Below the pieces are notes generated by a model that was not told the origin of the DNA, ran no database searches, and saw nothing but the letters and a program-made list of their open reading frames with translations. From a bacterium (GTDB lineage: Bacteria; Electryoneota; Electryoneia; Electryoneales; Electryoneaceae): 64,000 bases of DNA. Of the stretch, positions 1 through 8,129 are shown piece after piece. The position numbers and the translations under genes were made by a program. The number at the start of each line of letters is the position of its first letter. Within the stretch, counting starts at the first letter, position 1. The DNA is taken from assembly GCA_963669175.1 (NCBI GenBank), contig OY769902.1:480001-544000 (forward strand), given 5' to 3'.

Positions 1-85
1 AGGGTACAGCCACCTTTCCCGAACCATATACACATCGGACCACTTGATTCCAGGGAAAGGAAACTGTCCCCTTTTTCCATATCCT
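1..85. repeat. AAAGGGGACAG-type REP-like repeat (truncated by window edge); inverted copy of 56582-56666
   Basis: Reverse complement GGATATGGAAAAAGGGGACAG..CCTTTCCCTGG...ATATGGT.CGGGAAAGGTGGCTGTACC aligns by eye with 56582-56666. Confidence 0.8.
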
Positions 86-238
86 CTTTCCGTTTCACCA
101 ATAGAACGCTCGTTGGATACTATCATGACGATTTATTTTCAAGAGTAGCTATAGTTGTCCAAACACTTTGCCAGAGTATCCTGTATACCACACGATCCCT
201 TTCACAGAGATAGCGTGGTACACAGGGAAAAGGCTGGT

Positions 239-2026
239 TTACTTCAGGAGCAGCAGTTTACGCGAGTCTGTCTGCCCACGATAGTTTGCTTGCAGGAAAT
301 ACACACCACCGGCCCAGTTTTCACCATTAATGGAAACGACAACCCGACCGGCCGGGACATCACGCATTTCCCTCCAGACACGACGTCCTTCAACCGTGTA
401 GAGTTCGAGATTCAAAACTCCGGCCTCCGGAACAGCGACCTGGATGGAAGTCGTCGGGTTGAACGGGTTCGGATATGCGCTTTCAATCGCGAAAGCCTTT
501 GGAAGTGTGTTTTCCGCATATTCCGGGGTGGCAACCTCATCGATGTGCCAGACCAGGGTAACACATCCTCCATACCAACCATCATCCACCTCTACCCATA
601 TGGAATCGCCCATATCGGTGTACAGTAGCTCCAGGCGGACAGAGGTGTTCGTTCCGACTTCTTCACCACGGAAATACCAGGTGTAATCGAGTGGGTTCTC
701 GTTGGGATCCTGCGCGGAAACCGAGAAAGTAACACTGTCCCCGCTGGCGTACCCGGTCAAGTCCAGGTTTTCCGGCACGTATGAATTGATGACCGGCGGA
801 TCGTTCTGGTTGTAGAAACGTGCGCCGATATCTCCCGGGGTGCCGTCTTCGTCAGTATATCCGCCACAACCGGCCGCATCGACACAGGGCGAATTGTATA
901 CCGGGCGCAGATGGTTCCAGCTAAATGGATCCTGCTCAATGTTCAGCATCGGATCGGTGTCCAGCAGGTCGCTGTCGCCACCTTCCAGCACACCACCGTA
1001 GGAGCCTTCATCGTTGTCGTAGTAGCAGCCGTATGCGGATGTGGCGGGGACATTGGAACGTACGCCGTACCCGGTGCATTCCATCACGATATTGCCACAG
1101 ATGTTCGGCGAGGAACACCCCGTACCGAAGTATATCCCGTCACGCAGGTCAACCTGGTTGGCCCCGGCACGATAGATCGTGTTATGAACCATGGTAACAC
1201 TGGCGGAATTGGTCAGGAAAATACCTGATCCGCGCGGGGTGTCGATTGTATTGTACGTGATCGTGGCGAAATCGGCATTGTCGATATACATGCCCCGTAA
1301 TTCGGGGGAATATATGAAGTTATGATCCACAAGGGCATCGTAAACATCTTCCAGCTCAATACAGTTATCGTTGCCGTCAGCAAGAGTATTGTTCGTAATG
1401 GTAGGTGTCGAATTGTCAATGATTCTGATTAATGCGCTACCGCTGTTGCCGCCGGTAATCGTACAATTATCAATTGTCGGTGTTCCCCCACGACTGAACA
1501 CACAGCTTCCAACATTTTCGGTGATATGATCCGCAATCACACAATTCTCAATTATGGGCGCACCATAGGTCATGTAAATGTTGTTGTCTTCGGCCGAATG
1601 AATCCGCGAGTTCCGTACCGTCGCCTCGGTGTAGTTCAGGTATACGTTCTTTTCGCCATAACTGATCACAGCACATTCGATGATGCTGTTATCCGAACTG
1701 TTGTCATTGATGGTGATCCCGTTCCAGCAGCCCGGCACCGGCGCTCCCATACCATGCATCAGCACCGAATCACCGGGCTCGCCCGCTACGATCAGGGTGC
1801 CATCCACCCATAAACCGTGATCTGCTCCGAAATAAATCTCGACACCAGGTTCAATCGTCAGCGTGTTGTACCTGGGCACATACACGGAGTCCCCGGTAAC
1901 CTCATAGGGGCTGAATAAAGCCCGCAGGGTTCCGGTTTGCTCTCCTTCCAGCAGGGTGTAGGCGCACAGCAACCCCGGAAGAAGAATAATCAGCGTCAGG
2001 GAAAGAAAAACTCTAGATGTGGTCAT
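239..2026 (-). CDS. Secreted right-handed beta-helix repeat protein with T9SS/Por-type C-terminal sorting domain
   Basis: ATG at 2026 with GGAG RBS; signal peptide MTTSRVFLSLTLIILLPGLLCA; parallel beta-helix repeats (I.NC.I..N); SPCVDA..DGTPGDIGA motif; C-terminal YPNPFNPTT...GVYF...KLLLLK. Confidence 0.85.
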   Translation of the reverse strand: MTTSRVFLSLTLIILLPGLLCAYTLLEGEQTGTLRALFSPYEVTGDSVYVPRYNTLTIEPGVEIYFGADHGLWVDGTLIVAGEPGDSVLMHGMGAPVPGCWNGITINDNSSDNSIIECAVISYGEKNVYLNYTEATVRNSRIHSAEDNNIYMTYGAPIIENCVIADHITENVGSCVFSRGGTPTIDNCTITGGNSGSALIRIIDNSTPTITNNTLADGNDNCIELEDVYDALVDHNFIYSPELRGMYIDNADFATITYNTIDTPRGSGIFLTNSASVTMVHNTIYRAGANQVDLRDGIYFGTGCSSPNICGNIVMECTGYGVRSNVPATSAYGCYYDNDEGSYGGVLEGGDSDLLDTDPMLNIEQDPFSWNHLRPVYNSPCVDAAGCGGYTDEDGTPGDIGARFYNQNDPPVINSYVPENLDLTGYASGDSVTFSVSAQDPNENPLDYTWYFRGEEVGTNTSVRLELLYTDMGDSIWVEVDDGWYGGCVTLVWHIDEVATPEYAENTLPKAFAIESAYPNPFNPTTSIQVAVPEAGVLNLELYTVEGRRVWREMRDVPAGRVVVSINGENWAGGVYFLQANYRGQTDSRKLLLLK

Positions 2027-2239
2027 GGTGTAGCTCCATCCGCACGTTCCTGGTTGTCGTTCAATGAGTACAGGGATGCTCATGAACCGGTCCTTATGGA
2101 TCAAAGTGTCCCGTTTTCGGGACGGTGGTCTGGTCTTTATCCACACGAATCGGTCCACAACAACAAAATAGCCCGTGACTGGTATGATACGCCAGCACAA
2201 CGGGCCAATAAAATCAAATCGAGTCTTGCGTAGCAACGA

Positions 2240-2602
2240 TTAAAGCTTTGAAAGAACCTCACGTACTGCCTCGGCGGCCAACTCAACCGAATGACGTTTT
2301 TTCTCCGGGACCCCGCCCAGCTCTGCATCCAACGTATCCGCGTCAACCTGCCTGGCTTCTGCAACGGTTTTTCCTTTGGCCCAGACGGTTGCTGCTGAAG
2401 CCGCTGCAAGAGTGCCGCTGCAGGCTCTCGCCTTGAATTGGACGTCCTCAATCGTATCGCCGTTTAACCGTACTGTCATACGGATGCGATCAAAACAACC
2501 ACCGCCCTGGTGTTGTACTTCGGCTGTGGCGTCCGGGTTCGCTACTTCGCCCACATTCTGCGGAGAAGCGAAATGCTGCATGTATTTTTCGCTGTAACTC
2601 AT
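2240..2602 (-). CDS. IscU/NifU-N-like Fe-S scaffold protein (third Cys absent)
   Basis: YS...HF..PQNVG, GCFD, FKARACS motifs; the usual KxHC is KRHS. Confidence 0.8.
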   Translation of the reverse strand: MSYSEKYMQHFASPQNVGEVANPDATAEVQHQGGGCFDRIRMTVRLNGDTIEDVQFKARACSGTLAAASAATVWAKGKTVAEARQVDADTLDAELGGVPEKKRHSVELAAEAVREVLSKL

Positions 2603-2680
2603 CGTCAATACTTTGTTGAATCTGCCTTGCCTGTAGAATGCCGAAGCGCTCTTCAGCCGCCTTTACTTTCGCCAGACCGT

Positions 2681-3352
2681 TTATGCGTCTGTCTTGTAAG
2701 GTTTTCCTTCGGTGAGCTTGATGATGACATCTTTTACACCGGGAATGGCCTCGATATGTTCACGGGCCTCTTCTTCAATGTTCTCGAAGAACATCTCGTC
2801 CGTCTCGCCCATCAACAGTTCTACGAAAATGCTTCCGCTCTGGTCAACTTCCACATAACGGATCATGTTCATCTTGACAATGCTGATGCCGACTTCCGGA
2901 TGAATGACATCTTTCAGAGAACGAACGACTGTTTCCTTGGTCAGTTCGATTTTCTCTTCGGTGTCCTCGCCGAGATGAGTCTTTTTCCAGGTGCGGACCG
3001 CCGATTTCAGTCCGTTAATGGCCAGCACGGAGCAATGAATCTTGACCGCCGGAAGCCCATCCAGCTCCTCGGTGACCGCCTTGGGAGTCATGTCAAGAAT
3101 TTCGTCCACTGTTTTGCCAATGGCCAGCTTGGTCGCCACGCTCGCCGTAGCAATGTTCGATGCACACCCGTACGAACGGAACTTGATGTCCTGCACCTTC
3201 TGAGTCTCGGAATCGATCTTCAGGTTATAGGTAATCATGTCACCACATGCCGGGCTGCCTTCTGTCGCTACGGCATCCGCGTCCTCGATCTCACCGACGT
3301 TGACCGGGTTGGTGAATTCCTGGATGACTTTCTGTGTGTACTTGATCGCCAT
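2681..3352 (-). CDS. iscU: IscU/NifU-N scaffold fused to C-terminal DUF59 (SufT/MIP18-like) domain
   Basis: GSPACGDM, FRSYGCAS, LPAVKIHCSVLA motifs; C-terminal LKDVIHPEVGISIV...IPGVKDV resembles DUF59. Confidence 0.85.
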   Translation of the reverse strand: MAIKYTQKVIQEFTNPVNVGEIEDADAVATEGSPACGDMITYNLKIDSETQKVQDIKFRSYGCASNIATASVATKLAIGKTVDEILDMTPKAVTEELDGLPAVKIHCSVLAINGLKSAVRTWKKTHLGEDTEEKIELTKETVVRSLKDVIHPEVGISIVKMNMIRYVEVDQSGSIFVELLMGETDEMFFENIEEEAREHIEAIPGVKDVIIKLTEGKPYKTDA

Positions 3353-3513
3353 GCTGCCAGTCCCCTATCACTTCCGGACGCCCTTCGCCCGGTTATGTAC
3401 CGCTATGTTGATGCTGCCTTTTGAACCTTACCGGGTACTTCAATCCAAACAATGTCATTCGTGTAGTACAACAAACAAAACCTATAACTTTATAACTTTT
3501 CAACTTTGTAACT

Positions 3514-3545
3514 ACCCGGCCAGGCATGGCCGGGCTACTTTTTTC
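3514..3545. terminator. GC-rich hairpin (terminator or GTAG-type REP) between iscS and iscU
   Basis: CCCGGCCA-GGCA-TGGCCGGG followed by T run on + strand; reads GTAGCCCGG... on - strand. Confidence 0.45.
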
Positions 3546-3559
3546 ACTGCCTGCTTTTT

Positions 3560-4786
3560 TCACTTCTTCTTATAGAACGTCGTCGCGTGATCACTTTCAC
3601 GTTCGCTGTGCTCTTCCGGGATAAATGCAGTCATTGCGCGCAGCTTGTCCACTGTCTCACGAGTTACTTCCAGCGCGTAATCCACATCCTCTTCCGTATT
3701 CAAACGGCTGAGGGTATAACGGATTGAACCATGCGCCTCTTCATGGAACAGGCCAATGGAGGTCAATACGTGTGAGGGCACCAGCGAACGTGAAGAACAG
3801 GCCGACCCGGATGAAACAAAAACGCCCTTCATGTTCATCATCATCAGGATGGCTTCACCCTCAATATACCGGAAGGTGACATTCAGGTTCCCGGGAACAC
3901 GATTCGGGCCGATCTCCGGGCCGTTCCAGCGTACATGTGGAATCGCCAGAAGACCTTCCTTCAAACGTGCCGCCAGCTTCTCTATCTTTTGAGTCGCCTC
4001 GTCACAATTCTTCAGGGACAACTCCACCGCTTTGGCAAACCCAACCGCGCCGGGTACGTTTTCTGTTCCTGGTCGTACGCCCTTTTCCTGCGGAGCGCCT
4101 TCGAAAATACGACGTACTTTCAGACCCTTGCGGACAAACATGACGCCGATACCCTTGGGGCCATGCGTCTTATGCGCGTTGAAGCTGGCCAGGTCGACCG
4201 GAAGCTCGTTCAGCGTGAAGGGAATCTTGCCCAAAGTCTGCACCATGTCACTGTGCAGCGGCACGTTGTGTTCACGGCAGATCGCACCCAATTCTTCCAG
4301 GTTCTGCACCACGCCGATTTCATTGTTGGCGTGAATGATGCTGACCAGCAGGGTGTCCTCACGGATCGCTTCGCGCAGGCTGTCGGGATCGACAAACCCT
4401 TCACCGTCCACCTTCAGCTCGGTCAGCTCAACCCAGCCCTCTTTCTGCCAACGCTTGACCACGTTCAGCACGGAAGAGTGTTCGATCGGCGAGACGATGA
4501 CATGCTTTTTGTCCGGACGCTCCAGTCGGAGCCCGTTCAAGGCCAGGTTGTTCGCTTCGGTTGCGCCGCTGGTGAAGTACAATTCCTCGGGCTTGCACCC
4601 CAGAGAACCGGCCAGCGATGCTCGCGCCTCATCCATGGTCTCTTCCGCTTCCAGACCCAGTTTATGCAACGAGGCCGGGTTGCCGAATTTTTCCGTAAAG
4701 TAAGGTATCATGGCGTCTACCACTTCCCGGAATACAGGAGTGCTGTCGCCATTATCAAGATATACGTTCGGTGTATCTGTGCTCAT
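3560..4786 (-). CDS. iscS: Cysteine desulfurase (IscS/NifS)
   Basis: YLDN, GNPASLH, FTSGATEANN, AHKTHGPKG (PLP Lys), SSGSACSS (catalytic Cys). Confidence 0.95.
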   Translation of the reverse strand: MSTDTPNVYLDNGDSTPVFREVVDAMIPYFTEKFGNPASLHKLGLEAEETMDEARASLAGSLGCKPEELYFTSGATEANNLALNGLRLERPDKKHVIVSPIEHSSVLNVVKRWQKEGWVELTELKVDGEGFVDPDSLREAIREDTLLVSIIHANNEIGVVQNLEELGAICREHNVPLHSDMVQTLGKIPFTLNELPVDLASFNAHKTHGPKGIGVMFVRKGLKVRRIFEGAPQEKGVRPGTENVPGAVGFAKAVELSLKNCDEATQKIEKLAARLKEGLLAIPHVRWNGPEIGPNRVPGNLNVTFRYIEGEAILMMMNMKGVFVSSGSACSSRSLVPSHVLTSIGLFHEEAHGSIRYTLSRLNTEEDVDYALEVTRETVDKLRAMTAFIPEEHSERESDHATTFYKKK

Positions 4787-4859
4787 GTTCTATGCCGCTC
4801 TACTTGTAATCTGGTTAGTTCTCGTAACCCTCGTCGGGGAACCAGTTAAGGTAGTGAAT

Positions 4860-5040
4860 CACTCGCAGCATTCCAATTGTGACGCGAGACGTAAACCCCA
4901 GCTGGAGAAACACAGGAGGAGCCCAATTGAAGCAGGCATTCACGACCCCAACGCTTGCTTGCTCCTGCCCGTGTTTCAGTGGCATAACATAGTACCCGGC
5001 CACCCCTTGGCAATCCAACTATTTCGCACTCCCGAGTCTA
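4860..5040 (-). ncRNA. Candidate ~180-nt rod-like structured RNA/leader upstream of iscS (6S-like shape, unassigned)
   Basis: Nested stems: GAAACAC 4907/GTGTTTC 4971, GGAGC 4918/GCTCC 4961, AAGCA 4930/TGCTT 4956, CCAA 4873/TTGG 5007, ACTCG 4861/CGAGT 5033; several mismatches become G-U pairs on the - strand. Confidence 0.3.
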
Positions 5041-5045
5041 CTCTC

Positions 5046-5102
5046 TTGACATTTACTTCACCCTAAAATATTTTACTGCTGAAACATTTATTGGTAAAAT
5101 AT
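5046..5102 (+). promoter_or_regulatory. sigma70 promoter with overlapping inverted repeat (probable MarR operator)
   Basis: TTGACA(5046)-17 nt-TATTTT(5069); ATATTTTAC(5068)...GTAAAATAT(5094) inverted repeat. Confidence 0.65.
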
Positions 5103-5138
5103 TTATTCCTTAACAATACCCAAACAGAAGGAGTAGCC

Positions 5139-5711
5139 ATGTTTGGATTCGGATATGGTGGAAGTGGCGACGGTGTTTGCCCTGTGTGTGAAGATAGTTT
5201 CATCAAAGGGTTGAGCGAACGGGACAAGATGCTGGTTACCCTGGCGCCGATGATCATGCACATTGGCGAACTGACACGTCGTATCGGTGACACAAAAATC
5301 TTTGACAGGTTCGATCTTAATACTCTCCGTTATGCCATCCTCCGTCACCTTGATGCGATCGGCAAGCCGGTTTCCATGAAAGTGTTGTCGGAAAGCATGG
5401 TGAAAAGCCCGGCCGGCATTACGCAGAATATTGATTTTCTGGAAAAACGGGGATTTGTGAACAGGGTGCCGAGCCAGGAAGACCGCAGGGTAAACCTGAT
5501 CGAAATGACTCCCGAAGGCTCTGAGATTCTTGAACAGGCAAACAAGTTCTATATCGAAAAAGTACGAGAACTCATGAAAGATTTGCCTGATGACAAACTC
5601 CAGATCATGTACAACATGCTTCATCTGTATATGGTTAAAACAATTCAGATCCTTGAATTGCCGTTCGATTTCAAGGAGTTTCTGATGGCACACGGGATAT
5701 CTGAGAAATGA
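5139..5711 (+). CDS. MarR-family transcriptional regulator with N-terminal CxxC extension
   Basis: AAGGAG RBS; winged-helix motif IT..ID.LEKRG.V.R.PS.EDRRV..I.MT.EG; N-terminal CPVC. Confidence 0.9.
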   Translation: MFGFGYGGSGDGVCPVCEDSFIKGLSERDKMLVTLAPMIMHIGELTRRIGDTKIFDRFDLNTLRYAILRHLDAIGKPVSMKVLSESMVKSPAGITQNIDFLEKRGFVNRVPSQEDRRVNLIEMTPEGSEILEQANKFYIEKVRELMKDLPDDKLQIMYNMLHLYMVKTIQILELPFDFKEFLMAHGISEK

Positions 5712-7060
5712 AACGTATGTTCTTTGCCTTGTTGCTGCCTGGGTTGGTTTGCAGCGTGCTCCAGGCACAGACAGCATGGGAATTCGGAAACGAGTTCGTA
5801 CGGGAAGCGTTGCGGACCAGCCCGGAATTGCTGGCCAAGCGTGCTGACAGCGATATCGCTCACCAGAAAACACGAAACTCACTCGGTGCGATGTTGCCCA
5901 GCATTGATTTCCAGAGCAGGTATACTCGGGCTGGCGGCGGTAGAGAAATCACGTTTGATGTGAATGATTTCATGCCGCCCAGTGTACTTCCTGTCGATGT
6001 TCCCACTTCTGTCATCCCTTTCCTTCGTCCTGAAGAACATGAGACCAAGCTTTCCTTCCAGCAACCTCTGTTTGTCGGCGGCAGTCTCTATCATTCCTGG
6101 CGCGCGCAGAAAATGGCCTTGTCTGCGGAGCATGCCTCGCTGAAAGCCCGTGAAGCTGAGATCGCCTATCGCACCCGTGCAGCCTGGTTTAACTGGTTGA
6201 GCGCACGCGAGCTGGTGCAGGTTAGCCTTGAAGATACTCTTTTGGCGGCCGAGCAGCTTCGGTCCGCAAGTGCGCGTGTTGAACAGGCTATGGCGAACAG
6301 CGCCGAGCTGCAACGTGCACGTGCTGCGCTTGCTGACGCACGTGCCAACTGGATAGACGCCAGCACACGTGAGCAGCTTGCATTGACCGCCTTGAACCGT
6401 TTGCTGGGACGTCCCCTGCTTCGAGAGCCGGATGTTCCGGTTTTGTCTGCTGACCTGCCTGAAGAAGCCCTGCCCTTGGAATCCGTTCTGTCTCTTGCCC
6501 GGGCGGATCGTGGCGAACTCCACCAGCTTGAGCAACAGGGCAGATCACTGGGGCACTACCAGAGCGCGGCGACTGGAACTTTCCTGCCCACGCTGGTTGC
6601 GGCCGGTGAATACGGCTACCAGGGCGAAGAATACAAGTTTGACAACGACCACGACTACTACACCCTTTCCCTTGTGATGAAGTGGAACCTGTTTGACGGT
6701 TTCCGAAAGAATGCAAAGCGTGAACAAGTCGTTCTTCAGCGCAGGCAGTTACAGGACACGCAACATGACGTTGAGCTGGCGATCGAACAGGATGTCACTC
6801 GCGCATGGCTCAACAATCGTTCCAGCAGGATGAAACATGCGGCAGCCGAAGAGGCAAGACTGGCGGCTGCAGAGAACTACCGTCTTGTCAAAGCCCTGTA
6901 TGATGAAGGTATGGCAAGTCAAGTTGAGTTGCTGGATGCTCAAACTACTCGCACCAGGGCTTCCACCCGGGAAATCGCCGCTCGTTACGGTGCCTGGATT
7001 GCCCAGGCGGATTTGTGGAGAAGTATCGGACACGTTTTCGAAGAGGATAACAATGAATAA
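5708..7060 (+). CDS. TolC-family outer membrane efflux protein
   Basis: Signal peptide; two OEP repeats (LPSI.F...QPLFVGG; FLPTL...WNLFDG; Y.EG..SQVELLDAQ). Confidence 0.9.
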   Translation: MKRMFFALLLPGLVCSVLQAQTAWEFGNEFVREALRTSPELLAKRADSDIAHQKTRNSLGAMLPSIDFQSRYTRAGGGREITFDVNDFMPPSVLPVDVPTSVIPFLRPEEHETKLSFQQPLFVGGSLYHSWRAQKMALSAEHASLKAREAEIAYRTRAAWFNWLSARELVQVSLEDTLLAAEQLRSASARVEQAMANSAELQRARAALADARANWIDASTREQLALTALNRLLGRPLLREPDVPVLSADLPEEALPLESVLSLARADRGELHQLEQQGRSLGHYQSAATGTFLPTLVAAGEYGYQGEEYKFDNDHDYYTLSLVMKWNLFDGFRKNAKREQVVLQRRQLQDTQHDVELAIEQDVTRAWLNNRSSRMKHAAAEEARLAAAENYRLVKALYDEGMASQVELLDAQTTRTRASTREIAARYGAWIAQADLWRSIGHVFEEDNNE

Positions 7061-8129
7061 CCGCATAAACAGGCAGAAACCAAGTCTGCTGACGCTGTTT
7101 CTCCCACTTTCAGGCGCTTTGGTCGCAGCAATCATTACTGGATGCAGCAAGGACAATACCACGGAACAGGAAGCGCCTGAACCACCTCGCCTGGTAAGGA
7201 TTGTCAAAGCCCGGGTACAGGAACGACACGAGAGTTACCGGATCAGCGGACGTGTCGTACACGCAGAAGAAGCGTTTCTTTCCTTTCGTGCCGGTGGATT
7301 TGTTGAACATATCCGTGTTGATGCCGGAGATCATTTCCGAAAAGGCGACACCCTTGCCACTCTGGATGCAACGGAAATCGCGGCAGGATTGCATGATGCC
7401 GTCGCTCAGCGTGAACAGCTTGAGCGCGATGTGCAGAGGTTACGCACTCTGAAAGAGCAGGCTGTCGCCACACAAAAGCAGCTCGAGGATGCGGAGACCG
7501 GTCTGGAAAGAGCCCGCGCTGCAGAACAACGAGCACGGTTTACCCTGGAAAAAGCTGCCATTATCGCCCCCTACAACGGGTTGGTCGCAGCCAGGATCGC
7601 CAACGAAGGCGAGATGCTGGGACAGGGAAAACCTGTGTTGCGAGTGGTGGATACGTCTGCCAAGCGGCGCATCCGTATGGGTGTTCCTTCCCGCCTGACC
7701 AGTTGGATTCGAAAAGGTCAGTCGGCTGAAGTGAAACTTGAGACCGTTCCTCAGATACTGGAAGGTACAATTGTCGAGGTTGGCGGCATTGCCGATCCAC
7801 GCACCGGAAATGTAACCATTGAGGTTGAACTCCCGAAACTGGAAGGTATTTTCGAGGGCGTCATTGCGAAAGTGACCCTGCTGGGGCCAAGCCGTGACAT
7901 TATCCCCCTTCCCGGCGGCGCACTGGCTGAAGCCGATGAGGACAGGGCGTTTGTGTTTGTTGTTGAGGACAATGTGGCGCTTCGGCGTGAAGTTCGGATT
8001 GAAGAATTTCATGGCGACACGGTCTTTGTTGCCCCGACGCTTCCATCCGGGACAATCCTGGTTGGCGAAAGCGCCGGGTTCCTGCGTGATGGCGAACCGG
8101 TCCGGGTTGACGGGGAGATCCGGCAATGA
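7053..8129 (+). CDS. RND efflux periplasmic adaptor (MFP) lipoprotein
   Basis: Lipobox ITGC; V..GD...KGD.LA.LD and I.APYNG.V lipoyl halves around a coiled coil; overlaps neighbouring genes. Confidence 0.9.
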   Translation: MNNRINRQKPSLLTLFLPLSGALVAAIITGCSKDNTTEQEAPEPPRLVRIVKARVQERHESYRISGRVVHAEEAFLSFRAGGFVEHIRVDAGDHFRKGDTLATLDATEIAAGLHDAVAQREQLERDVQRLRTLKEQAVATQKQLEDAETGLERARAAEQRARFTLEKAAIIAPYNGLVAARIANEGEMLGQGKPVLRVVDTSAKRRIRMGVPSRLTSWIRKGQSAEVKLETVPQILEGTIVEVGGIADPRTGNVTIEVELPKLEGIFEGVIAKVTLLGPSRDIIPLPGGALAEADEDRAFVFVVEDNVALRREVRIEEFHGDTVFVAPTLPSGTILVGESAGFLRDGEPVRVDGEIRQ

